NCBI GenBank assembly: GCA_040219255.1
Contig: JAVJSW010000039.1
Coordinates: 96,001-160,000 of the forward strand
Length of the DNA: 64,000 nt
Source: Sumerlaeia bacterium
GTDB taxonomy: Bacteria > Sumerlaeota > Sumerlaeia > SLMS01 > JAHLLQ01
Direction: 5' to 3'
The notes beneath the pieces were generated by a model that was not told the DNA's origin, ran no database searches, and was given only the letters and a program-made list of their open reading frames with translations. Positions 8,805-17,562 of the stretch are shown piece by piece; position 1 is the first letter of the stretch, and each line of letters starts with the position of its first letter. A program made the position numbers and the translations under genes.

Positions 8805-11363
8805 TCAGCGGCGTCCGAAACGCCTGAGAAGCAACGAGTTACCCACCACCGACACGCTGCTGAGCGCCATCGCTCCGGCGGCCAGATAGGGGGCTACCAA
8901 ACCAAACGCCGCCACAGGAATCAAAACGGTGTTGTATGCGAACGCCCAGAACAGATTCTGGCGGATTTTCCGGAACGTCGCCTCGGACAAAGCGATGGCT
9001 CGCTCGACCCCCGCCACGTCGCCGGAGGCCAGCGTAATCGCCCCCGCCTCCATCGCCACGTCGGCCCCGGTGCCGAGCGCGATTCCCAGATCCGCCCGGG
9101 CCAGCGCGGGGGCGTCGTTGATGCCGTCGCCGACCATCGCCACGCGCTTGCCTTCGTCCTGGAGCCGGGCGATTTCGTCGGCCTTGTTTTCGGGCCGGAC
9201 GCCCGCCAGGACACGCTCCGGCGCGATGCCGGCTTCGCGGGCGATGGCGCGGGCGGTGGCGGCGTTGTCGCCGGTGATGAGCCAGACCTCCAGATCGCGC
9301 TCCTCCGTCAGCCGCCGCACCGTCTCGCGGGCGTTGGGCTTGAGTTCATCGGCGATGGCCAGGAAGCCCAGCAAAACGCCCTCGCGCCCCACCGCGACCA
9401 CGGTCTTGCCTTCGTCCTCCAGGGCGCCCTTGGCGGCGTCGTGGCCGGCGCCGTCCGCCCCCACGAAGGCCAGGCTGCCCACGGCCACGGACCGGCCATC
9501 CACCGAGGCGCGGATGCCTTCGCCGGGGTTGGCCTGGGCGTCGCGCGATTCGGGGATCGAGAGGTCGGCTTCCTCCGCCGCGCGGACGATGGCGCGGCCG
9601 ATGGGGTGCTCGCTGTGGCGCTCGGCGGCGGCGGCCAGGGTGAGCAGTTCGCCCTCGGAGATGCCTTCCGCCACGGCCCGCCGGTCCGTGACGCGCATTT
9701 CGCCGACTGTCAAGGTACCGGTCTTGTCAAAGACGATGGCCGTGATGCGACGGGCCTGCTCGATGGCCTGGGCGTCGCGGATCAGGATGCCTTCCTTGGC
9801 CCCGGCGCCCGTGCCGACCATGATCGCCGTCGGCGTGGCCAGGCCCAGCGCGCAGGGGCAGGCGATGATGAGCACCGCCACCGCCGCGATGAGCCCCGGC
9901 GCCCAGCCCGCCCCAAACACCGCCCACGCCAGGAACGTCAGCACCGCGACGCCAATTACGCAGGGCACGAAGATACCGCTGATGCGGTCGGCGAGGCGCT
10001 GCACGTCAGCCTTGCTTTCCTGCGCCATCTCGACGGCGCGGGCGATGCCGGCGAGCGCCGTCTCGCCTCCGACGCGCGTGGCGCGGATTTCCAGGACGCC
10101 GTTCTGGTTCACCGTGGCGCCGTAGGCGTCGTCGCCGGGGGCTTTGCGAACCGGGGCCGATTCGCCGGTGAGCATCGATTCGTCGACGGAGGATTCGCCC
10201 GAGAGAACTTCGCCATCGGTGGGGATTTTCTCGCCCGGGCGCACGATCATGACATCGCCGGGGGCGATGTCTTCGGCGGCGATTTCGCGCTCCTCGCCCT
10301 CACGGCGGACGCGGGCTTTCTTCGCGGCGAGGTCCATCAGGGCGGTGATGGCTTCGCCGGCTTTGGCCTTGGCGCGGGCTTCCATCCATTTGCCCAGGCT
10401 GATGAGCGCCACGATCATGGCGGCGCTCTCGAAATAGACGTGGCCCTCGGCGAGGGTCGTTCCCGCCAACCCGGCGAAGAACACCACACAGGAAAACAGA
10501 TAGGCCGTGCCCGATCCGAGGGCGATCAGCGTGTCCATGTTGACCATCCGGTGGCGCAGGCCCCGTGCGGCGCTGCGCACGAACGCCCAGCCCGCCGTTG
10601 CCATCACCGCCGTAGTGAGGACGAACGCGATCCACCGCGACCCCGGCACATGCCAGCCGAACCAGTGCCCGCCCATCTCGACCACCATGACGGGGATCGC
10701 GAGAGCCAGCGCCAGGAGGGCGAGGCGCTTCCATTGGCGGGCCTCGAGGGCGCGTTTCTCCGAGGAGCTGGGGCCGCCCTGGTCCTTCGCCGACGCGGCC
10801 CGGGGTTTGGCTTCGTAGCCCGCGTCGGCCACGGCGCGTTCGCCTTGCGAGGCGGCGGCCTGCGGATCGGTGCCGTCCGCCAGATCCACCGTGGCGCGTT
10901 CCATGGCGAAGTTCACCCGCGCCGCCGCAACGCCGGGAACGTCAGCCAGGGCCTTCTCGACGCGCTGGGCGCAGGACGCGCAGTGCATCCCGCCGATGTC
11001 GAAGGTGAGGGACGCACCGCTGGGGGCCTTTTCCCGAGGGGAAGCCGATTCCGGCGCCGGAGCCGCGTCCGCGTTCGCGTCTTCTCTTTCGAGTTCGCAG
11101 GCTTCGGGCGAGGCGGGAGCCTGTGCGACGGTGACCGTGAACTTCGTGTCCGCGAAGGCATTCTCGAAATTCGCGGGCGAGAAATCCTTGGACGTCATGA
11201 CTTCCGCCCGCGCCTGCTCCAGGTCCACGGTGGCCCGCTCGACCCCGTCGAGGGCCAAAAGGCGCCGCTCCACACCGCCCGCGCAGCCCTGGCAGGTCAT
11301 GCCTTCGACGCGCAAGAGCCATTGATTTTGCTGAGCTTGGGGAGATGAGGCCGAAGTGCCCAT
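8805..11363 (-). CDS. copA: Cu(I)-translocating P1B-type ATPase with two HMA domains
   Basis: GMTCQGC and GMHCASC; TGES, CPC, DKTGT, HP, GDGIND, YN and MALSS motifs. Confidence 0.93.
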   Translation of the reverse strand: MGTSASSPQAQQNQWLLRVEGMTCQGCAGGVERRLLALDGVERATVDLEQARAEVMTSKDFSPANFENAFADTKFTVTVAQAPASPEACELEREDANADAAPAPESASPREKAPSGASLTFDIGGMHCASCAQRVEKALADVPGVAAARVNFAMERATVDLADGTDPQAAASQGERAVADAGYEAKPRAASAKDQGGPSSSEKRALEARQWKRLALLALALAIPVMVVEMGGHWFGWHVPGSRWIAFVLTTAVMATAGWAFVRSAARGLRHRMVNMDTLIALGSGTAYLFSCVVFFAGLAGTTLAEGHVYFESAAMIVALISLGKWMEARAKAKAGEAITALMDLAAKKARVRREGEEREIAAEDIAPGDVMIVRPGEKIPTDGEVLSGESSVDESMLTGESAPVRKAPGDDAYGATVNQNGVLEIRATRVGGETALAGIARAVEMAQESKADVQRLADRISGIFVPCVIGVAVLTFLAWAVFGAGWAPGLIAAVAVLIIACPCALGLATPTAIMVGTGAGAKEGILIRDAQAIEQARRITAIVFDKTGTLTVGEMRVTDRRAVAEGISEGELLTLAAAAERHSEHPIGRAIVRAAEEADLSIPESRDAQANPGEGIRASVDGRSVAVGSLAFVGADGAGHDAAKGALEDEGKTVVAVGREGVLLGFLAIADELKPNARETVRRLTEERDLEVWLITGDNAATARAIAREAGIAPERVLAGVRPENKADEIARLQDEGKRVAMVGDGINDAPALARADLGIALGTGADVAMEAGAITLASGDVAGVERAIALSEATFRKIRQNLFWAFAYNTVLIPVAAFGLVAPYLAAGAMALSSVSVVGNSLLLRRFGRR

Positions 11364-11427
11364 GGGTTTGCCTTTCCGGATGCCAAGGTGTTGGCTTCCT
11401 AATCAGGCGAGGCTCGTGCCAGGGGAC

Positions 11428-11512
11428 GCACAGACTGGAGAGTCTGTGCCACATCGGACGCGACCCAGATCTGCCGCACACGCGAATGTAGCACAGGCAC
11501 TCTTGCCTGTGC
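11428..11512. repeat. REP-like inverted doublet (GTRG plus hairpin)
   Basis: GTAGCACAGGCACTCTTGCCTGTGC (+) and GTGGCACAGACTCTCCAGTCTGTGC (-), about 35 bp apart. Confidence 0.7.
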
Positions 11513-11523
11513 CCTCTCCGACA

Positions 11524-12504
11524 TTACGCGTCGCGCAGCCTCGGGTTGATCACCGGGTAGAGCGAATCCACCAGCAAGTTCATGAAAATCAGGGTTGCGC
11601 TGAAGAAGACCACCAGCCCCAGGAGCAACGGCATATCGCGGTTGTTGATGGAGTGGACGAGCAGCTCGCCGATGCCGGGCACGGCGAAAATCTTCTCGAC
11701 CACCAGGGAGCCGGTGAGCAGCGCCGCCACCACCGGGCCGATGTAAGTCACGACGGAGGAGAGCGAATTGCGCAAGGCGTGGCGCAGGACGACCTTGTAT
11801 TCGGCGACGCCCTTGGACCGGGCGGTGCGGACGTAGTCCTGGCGCAGGGCCTCGAGCATGGAGGCCCGCGTCAGGCGCAGAATCGCGGCGAAGGGGAAGG
11901 CCCCCAGACAGGCCGCGGGGATCCACATGCGCCACCAGCTTTCGTGCCAGCCGGTGGCCGGCAACCAGCCCAAGACCCTCGCCAGGAAAAACACCGCCAG
12001 CGAGGCGAGCACGAAGTTGGGCACGGAAACCCCCAGAAGCGAGAGGACGATTCCGCCCTGGTCTATGGCCTCGTTGTGTTTCACGGCGCACATGACCCCG
12101 ATGGGCACGCCCAGCAAGACCGCCAGCAGAACCGCCCGCCAGCCAAGGCCGATGGAGGCGGGGAGGTGCTGGCTGAGCAGTTCCCGCAACGTGCGATCCT
12201 GCTTGGTGCGCGCCGGAAGCGAGTCGAACACCGCGACCTTCTGCATGTTCTTGACGTATTGGATGTGAAGGGGCTGATCGAGATAGTAGCGCTGCATGAT
12301 GGCCTGGCGGGTGCGTTCGTCCATGCGGCCTTCGCCGCCGATCATGTCGGCTTCGCCGCCGGCCAGCTTGGTGAGGAGAAACACCAGCGTGGCCACAAAC
12401 CACAACGTCCCGAGCGCGATGGGCAGTTTCTTGAGCAAGGTGGGCAGGAAAGCCCGAAAGAAAACGGCGGCGCCGGTGGAGATGGACTTGGCGAAATCGA
12501 TCAT
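11524..12504 (-). CDS. Oligopeptide/dipeptide ABC transporter permease (OppB/DppB family)
   Basis: YLDQPLHIQY, SVPNF, DYVRTARSKG (EAA loop), HALRNSL and VEKIFAVPGIG motifs. Confidence 0.9.
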   Translation of the reverse strand: MIDFAKSISTGAAVFFRAFLPTLLKKLPIALGTLWFVATLVFLLTKLAGGEADMIGGEGRMDERTRQAIMQRYYLDQPLHIQYVKNMQKVAVFDSLPARTKQDRTLRELLSQHLPASIGLGWRAVLLAVLLGVPIGVMCAVKHNEAIDQGGIVLSLLGVSVPNFVLASLAVFFLARVLGWLPATGWHESWWRMWIPAACLGAFPFAAILRLTRASMLEALRQDYVRTARSKGVAEYKVVLRHALRNSLSSVVTYIGPVVAALLTGSLVVEKIFAVPGIGELLVHSINNRDMPLLLGLVVFFSATLIFMNLLVDSLYPVINPRLRDA

Positions 12505-12525
12505 GGGGCGGGTGGGGGCTCCTGG

Positions 12526-13083
12526 TTACTCGACGCGCAGCAGGCGCATTTGGACTTGTTCGCGGACGGCGAAGCGCGAATGCGCAGCCGCCCGGTAATG
12601 AAAGCTCTTGCGCGGCTCGACCGTGCCCCGGGTCCAGGGCGTGGCGTCGATCACGGTGCCGTTCTGCCGAAAGAAAATGGTGCGGATTTCAAAATGCGCC
12701 ACGCCGGTCTCGCGCCGGTTGAAAACGTTCAGCCGCACCTCGGGCAGGTCCACCGTCAGATAGGCGTCTTCATCGCTCGGCTGGAGGAACTCGTAGTTGC
12801 GGATTTCGAGGGTTTTCTTCAACTCCTCCGGGACCTGACCGCCGGGCAGGAGCCGCAGAAAGTCCTCTGCCGTCAGCGGCTTAGCCTCGGGCGCGAGCGT
12901 ATCGGTGGCGGGCGCCGCGTTCGGCGTGACGATGGGCGCGGGCGCGGGCGCGGGCAATTCGGCTGGCTCGCCGCGCTCAGCGACGGGCGGCACGTCGGGC
13001 GAAGACACCCCGCCCTCCTGCGCCAGAGCGGGTGCGAGGGCGAGGACGGAGAAGGCGGCGGCAAGGATCGGGCGTCGAAACAT
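12526..13083 (-). CDS. Hypothetical secreted protein
   Basis: Signal peptide MFRRPILAAAFSVLALAPALA, a Pro/Ala linker and a beta-rich C-terminal domain. Confidence 0.7.
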   Translation of the reverse strand: MFRRPILAAAFSVLALAPALAQEGGVSSPDVPPVAERGEPAELPAPAPAPIVTPNAAPATDTLAPEAKPLTAEDFLRLLPGGQVPEELKKTLEIRNYEFLQPSDEDAYLTVDLPEVRLNVFNRRETGVAHFEIRTIFFRQNGTVIDATPWTRGTVEPRKSFHYRAAAHSRFAVREQVQMRLLRVE

Positions 13084-13216
13084 AAGGGGGGTCTCAATCC
13101 ATTCAGAAGGGGTTAGTATAGGCAAGGGGCGGGCTCCGCAAGCCCGGATAAGCACCTTGACCCGGTTTTGCCGGGCGCGGTTGGTTTTCGGCAGACTTTC
13201 GCTTGGACCCGCGCGC

Positions 13217-13828
13217 ATGATTGACTCACTCCAAGGCACCCTCCTCGACCACGACGAATCGCATGCCATCGTGGACGTCGGCGGCGTGCGCTTTCGCGTC
13301 GAGATTCCCGGCAGCACCGCCGTGCAACTGCCGGCTCAGGGCGAGCCGGTGACACTGCTGACGCGGTTGTCGTTCAACCCGAACGAGGGCAGTTTCGCGC
13401 TGTTCGGCTTCTCGACGCCGATGGAGCGCCAGTGCTATGAGGTGCTGCTGACGATCAGCGGCATCGGGCCGAAGAAGGCGCTGGCGATCCTGAGCCAGGT
13501 CGAAGTCGCGGCCTTTGCCCGCGCCGTGATCGAGAAAAACCTGACGTACTTCAGCGGCATCAAAGGCGTGGGGCGGAAAACGGCGGAGCGGCTGCTGCTG
13601 GAGCTGAGCGACAAAATGTTCGGCCTTGCCGCGGAAGCCAAAGTCAGCGGCAAGCAAGCCCCCGCCGCGCCCGCGCAGAGCGAGAACATCGCCGACGCGG
13701 TCGCGGCCCTGATCGCCCTGGGCTGCCCCGCCGCAGTGGCCCAGCGAGCCGTCGCCAGCGCCGCCGAAATCGCCGGCCAGGACGCCCCCACGGAAGAGTT
13801 GATTCGCGAAGGCTTGCGGCACCGCTAA
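13217..13828 (+). CDS. ruvA: Holliday junction branch migration protein RuvA
   Basis: MIDSLQG, LFGF, HhH motifs SGIGPKKAL and GVGRKTAERL, and C-terminal ALIALG. Confidence 0.95.
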   Translation: MIDSLQGTLLDHDESHAIVDVGGVRFRVEIPGSTAVQLPAQGEPVTLLTRLSFNPNEGSFALFGFSTPMERQCYEVLLTISGIGPKKALAILSQVEVAAFARAVIEKNLTYFSGIKGVGRKTAERLLLELSDKMFGLAAEAKVSGKQAPAAPAQSENIADAVAALIALGCPAAVAQRAVASAAEIAGQDAPTEELIREGLRHR

Positions 13829-13847
13829 GCCGCACGTCGTCCCGCCT

Positions 13848-14765
13848 TCAGGCGGAAAGCTTTTCTCCCTCCGCCTGATCTTCCTCAATCACAGCCAGCA
13901 ACAGTTCCCGCGCCGACTCGCAGCGCCCCATATCGGGCTCGATGGCGTCGTAAACCCGGTCGCGCAGGGAAGGCATAAACCGGCGCCCCAGCACCAGCAG
14001 CGCCAGCGCTCCCCCGCCGACCAGCAGCCACTTCACCGCAACACTCGCGAAGGCCGGATCGCGGAGCGCCGCGGCTACCATGATGGCAATGAGCGCGATC
14101 ACGAAGCAGCCGACCTCGGCGGCGAAGTTGAACGTGTAGTCAATAAACCAGAACAACGCCATCAACGGCCACCTGAGAGGGCGCAGGACAGCTAGGCTGA
14201 GGGCGGGGCGGAGGAGGAGGCTTTCGGCCTGCGAGAGTCGGATGGAGGGGACGCTGGTGATTTCCTTCATCTGCAGAATCACGAGAACGAGGAAAATCAC
14301 GATCCAGGCGAATGGATGAATCAGAGACAAGAAAGCGTAGGCGAACGCGAAACCGATCAGGAGTTGGGCCATCCGGCGGGCGCGTTCGCAGGGGGCGAGG
14401 ATGCCAGACAGAATGTCCTCGGCGGAGAGGCTGGTCAGAAGCAAATCACGCAGCATGGCCGCGTTCCAAAAGCCCTGGAACTCTTGGCGGACCCGCAGGC
14501 GAAAGAGTGCCTCTATGGAGACTAAACAGACTGGAATCAGGCCCAGCGAAAGCAGGAAGTGCGGGAAGAGGAGGAGCTTGAATGTTGCGAAGGCTAGGAT
14601 GCCAAGCAGGAGCACCACGACGGCGAAGCTGCGGCTGCGCCGAAACGACCGCGCGTAAACCGGGTTTTCCCAAGGTTCCGTCTGGCCCTCCAGATGGCGC
14701 TCGCTGACTGGGCGGCGCAAAGGCCTGGGCTTTGGCATGGCGCGGCGACCAAGGGGCACCGTCAA
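13848..14765 (-). CDS. Hypothetical multi-pass membrane protein (ABC-2 permease-like motif); start uncertain
   Basis: About 6 TM segments; motif LLLTSLSAEDILSG. Confidence 0.65.
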   Translation of the reverse strand: MTVPLGRRAMPKPRPLRRPVSERHLEGQTEPWENPVYARSFRRSRSFAVVVLLLGILAFATFKLLLFPHFLLSLGLIPVCLVSIEALFRLRVRQEFQGFWNAAMLRDLLLTSLSAEDILSGILAPCERARRMAQLLIGFAFAYAFLSLIHPFAWIVIFLVLVILQMKEITSVPSIRLSQAESLLLRPALSLAVLRPLRWPLMALFWFIDYTFNFAAEVGCFVIALIAIMVAAALRDPAFASVAVKWLLVGGGALALLVLGRRFMPSLRDRVYDAIEPDMGRCESARELLLAVIEEDQAEGEKLSA

Positions 14766-15226
14766 TTGCCCGCGAGGCTCGCCTCGGCCCGTCCCGCAGC
14801 GATCATGTCTGCCACGTCGAAGGCGCCGTCGCGGTTGACGTCCGGTTCGCGAGGGGCGTCGAAGGGGGGCTGGTTGGGGTCGGCGAAGAGGAAGGCATCG
14901 ACCGTGGTGGCCTGAAAGGCGGGATCGCCGGGGTGGAGATCGGCGTTGATTTCACTGAGGTTGACCCAGCCATCGCCGTCGGAATCGAGGCCTTCGATGG
15001 GAGAAAAGAGATAGCCGGCGTCCTCAAAGGCCATGCCGAAGAGGTTGCGCGTGCCGCCACCGGTCCATCGGACATGACAGATTCCGCAGCCGACGACGGC
15101 CGGCAGGGTCGTGCCGGGGTATTCGTCCTGGAAGGCGGCGAAGAAGCCGGGGAAAGCGAAGGCGTGGGGACTGACGAGGACCGTCAGGGCGAGGCCCAGG
15201 AACCGGCGGCGGGTCTGGGGGGTCAT
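14762..15226 (-). CDS. Secreted monoheme c-type protein with Ca-binding loop and dockerin-like tail
   Basis: TRRRFL signal, CGICH, GGGTRNLFG, DSDGDG and C-terminal DVNRDGAFDVAD; start overlaps the prmA stop (ATGA). Confidence 0.75.
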   Translation of the reverse strand: MTPQTRRRFLGLALTVLVSPHAFAFPGFFAAFQDEYPGTTLPAVVGCGICHVRWTGGGTRNLFGMAFEDAGYLFSPIEGLDSDGDGWVNLSEINADLHPGDPAFQATTVDAFLFADPNQPPFDAPREPDVNRDGAFDVADMIAAGRAEASLAGN

Positions 15227-16173
15227 TCGGGGGCGACCTCGTTGGTGGGGTGGCATTCCCAGGCGAGCCATTCGCCGATGGGCAGGCTCTCGGCGATGAC
15301 GAAACCGGCGGATTCGACGGCGCCGCGGACGACGGCTTCTTCGCTGGCGAGGAATCCGGCCAGCAGCAGTGGGCGGCGCAGGCGGGCGAGAGTCGGCAGC
15401 ATCGGCCCGAATTCGTTCGACAGCATGTTGCACGCGATGCAATCGGGCAGGGGTCGCCCCGCCATCATGCAGCCGGTCACCGCCGCGTCGATGGTGGAGC
15501 CCTGAATGTAGTGGGTTTGCTCGTCGCATCCGTTGCGCAAGGCGTTGCCGTAGAAGACGTCGCCGCAACCCTTCTGGCAATCCATCCCGACGGCGTATTC
15601 CATGCCGAGCTTGACGGCGGCGAAGCAGAGCACGCCGGTGCCGGTGCCGATGTCGAGGAGCGAATGGCGACCGTCCTTCACCGCCTTCTCGACGAGGCGC
15701 AGGCAGCCCTGGGTCGACTCGTGGGTGCCGGTGCCAAAGGTGCCGCCGGAATATTCGATGCCGATCGCGATGGCGTCGGCGGGGGCGTCTTCGGGCAGGG
15801 TGGCGGCTTCCTCGGGCGGGCCGACATAGACGCGGCGGGTGGCCTGGATCAGGTGGTAGTACGGCCGGAAGCCGGCGCTCCAGTCCTGATCGTGGAGCCA
15901 GTGGCCGTGGATTTCGGCGCGCTTGGCGGGAAACATCGCCAGCGCCAGGTCGCGCAGAGCCTGGGCTTGGCGGGGCTCATGATCTTCGAAGGCGAGGGGC
16001 ACGGCGGCGAAGAAAAACTTGCCGACGCAGGGGTCGTCGGGGTGTTCCTCGATGCCTAGCGCCTCGCATTCGCCCATGGCGCGGTCACAGAACAGCTCCC
16101 ACTCGCTGGGCGAGAGGAACTCGGGGAACTGGACGTGGACGGTGGGCCATTGGATGGGGGCGTCGGAGGTCAT
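15223..16173 (-). CDS. prmA: Ribosomal protein L11 methyltransferase
   Basis: DQDW, FGTGTHEST and LDIGTGTGVL motifs. Confidence 0.88.
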   Translation of the reverse strand: MTSDAPIQWPTVHVQFPEFLSPSEWELFCDRAMGECEALGIEEHPDDPCVGKFFFAAVPLAFEDHEPRQAQALRDLALAMFPAKRAEIHGHWLHDQDWSAGFRPYYHLIQATRRVYVGPPEEAATLPEDAPADAIAIGIEYSGGTFGTGTHESTQGCLRLVEKAVKDGRHSLLDIGTGTGVLCFAAVKLGMEYAVGMDCQKGCGDVFYGNALRNGCDEQTHYIQGSTIDAAVTGCMMAGRPLPDCIACNMLSNEFGPMLPTLARLRRPLLLAGFLASEEAVVRGAVESAGFVIAESLPIGEWLAWECHPTNEVAPE

Positions 16174-16276
16174 GGGAGCAGAGCGGCCTTTCGCAGAGGA
16201 AGCAGGTCCGTATTGAAAGACTTGCCGCCCCTGATCCGCAACGGAAAGCGGGGCCGCCACAAGCCTCCTTAAGACT

Positions 16277-16402
16277 CCTCAACCAGTAGAGAATCACAAA
16301 GGACAGAGTTTTCACAGAGGATCTCATCGAACGCGATGAGCTGCGCACAATAAGATCAATTAATCCAAAATTCTCTGTGCCCTCTGTGACTCTGTGATGA
16401 TT
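16277..16402. repeat. Intergenic MITE/REP-like element, copy 2 (inverted relative to copy 1)
   Basis: Reverse complement reads AATCATCACAGAGTCACAGAGGGCACAGAG...CCTCTGTGAAAACTCTGTCC...GGTTGAGG. Confidence 0.75.
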
Positions 16403-16418
16403 AACTCGCGAAGAAAAA

Positions 16419-17357
16419 CTACACTTTCTTCCGCGCGAACGCATACCGTGGCTTGCCCGCGAGATCGCGGTCCATGTGGGCGGATTCGAAGCAGCCGGCC
16501 AGGCGGAAAACTTCCACGATGCCGGGCTCCTGGTCCTCGCCCAGTTCCATGACGAGGCAGCCGCCGGGGACGAGGTGTTTTTTAGCGAGGTGGACGATCT
16601 GGCGGGCGATGTCGAGGCCGTCGTCTCCCCCGCCGTCGAGGGCTGCCATGGGGTCGTGGACGCGGACTTCGGGCGGCAGGCCGGGGATTTGGGAGGCGGG
16701 GATGTAGGGCGGGTTCGAGACGATGAGGTGGAGCGAGCCTTCGAAGCCGGCCAGGAGGGGGCCTTCGCGGAATTCGATGCGCGATTCGACGTCGTGCTTG
16801 GCGGCGTTGCGGCGGGCGGTAGCCAGGGCCTTTGGGTCTACATCGGAGGCGATGTAGTGGGGGGCGCCGTTTTCCGCCGCCATGGTGACGACGATGCAGC
16901 CGCTTCCGGTGCCGATTTCGAAGACGTAGGGGGCGTTGCCGGTTTCGGGTTGGAGAGCCTTCTCCGAGGACAGGAGGTCGAGGGCGCGCTCGACGAGTCC
17001 CTCGGTTTCGGGCCGGGGGACGAAGGCGTTTTCGAGGAGGAAGTCGCGGCTGTAGAATTCCTTTTTGCCGAGCAGGCGGGCCACCGGGATTCGATCCTGA
17101 GCGCGTTGGCGTATGAGTTCGCGGTAGGCGGCCAACTCCAGTTCGATGAGCGGTTTTTTCCAATCCATGTAAAGCCGCAGGCGGTCGCAGCCGAGCACCT
17201 TGCCGAGGAGCAGTTCGGCGTCGAGGCGGGGGCTGTCTGCGCCGTGCCTGGTGAGGTACTGCGCGGACTTGGCGATGACATCGCCGATGGTCAATGGAGC
17301 GGTGGGTTTCACGGGGGGGAGGCGCAGACTCCGGAGGTGCGGGAAGTGGGCGGACAT
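16419..17357 (-). CDS. prmC: Release factor glutamine methyltransferase
   Basis: PRLDAELLL, PRPETE, EIGTGSG, SNPPY and ALDGG..GL motifs. Confidence 0.95.
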   Translation of the reverse strand: MSAHFPHLRSLRLPPVKPTAPLTIGDVIAKSAQYLTRHGADSPRLDAELLLGKVLGCDRLRLYMDWKKPLIELELAAYRELIRQRAQDRIPVARLLGKKEFYSRDFLLENAFVPRPETEGLVERALDLLSSEKALQPETGNAPYVFEIGTGSGCIVVTMAAENGAPHYIASDVDPKALATARRNAAKHDVESRIEFREGPLLAGFEGSLHLIVSNPPYIPASQIPGLPPEVRVHDPMAALDGGGDDGLDIARQIVHLAKKHLVPGGCLVMELGEDQEPGIVEVFRLAGCFESAHMDRDLAGKPRYAFARKKV

Positions 17358-17562
17358 AGGGCGGCCCTCCGTGGGGAGATTGTTACCCGGGCGCGTCCGC
17401 TGCGTTCAGGGAGGGCGGAGGGGGCCGGGGGGTCAAGCCATTTCGCATGACCTTCGCCACTATCGCCGCTTTTCTTTCGCTTTTGCAAGGAAAATCGTCC
17501 AGGAAACGTAAGTTCCCGGGCGACAAGGGTTCGATGAAGATTGGGACGGGTTGGGGTCCGGC

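Noticed and set aside
5937-11348. 1803-aa plus-strand ORF
   Set aside because: Antisense shadow of gyrA and copA; high GC3 suppresses stops on the opposite strand and no motifs are present.
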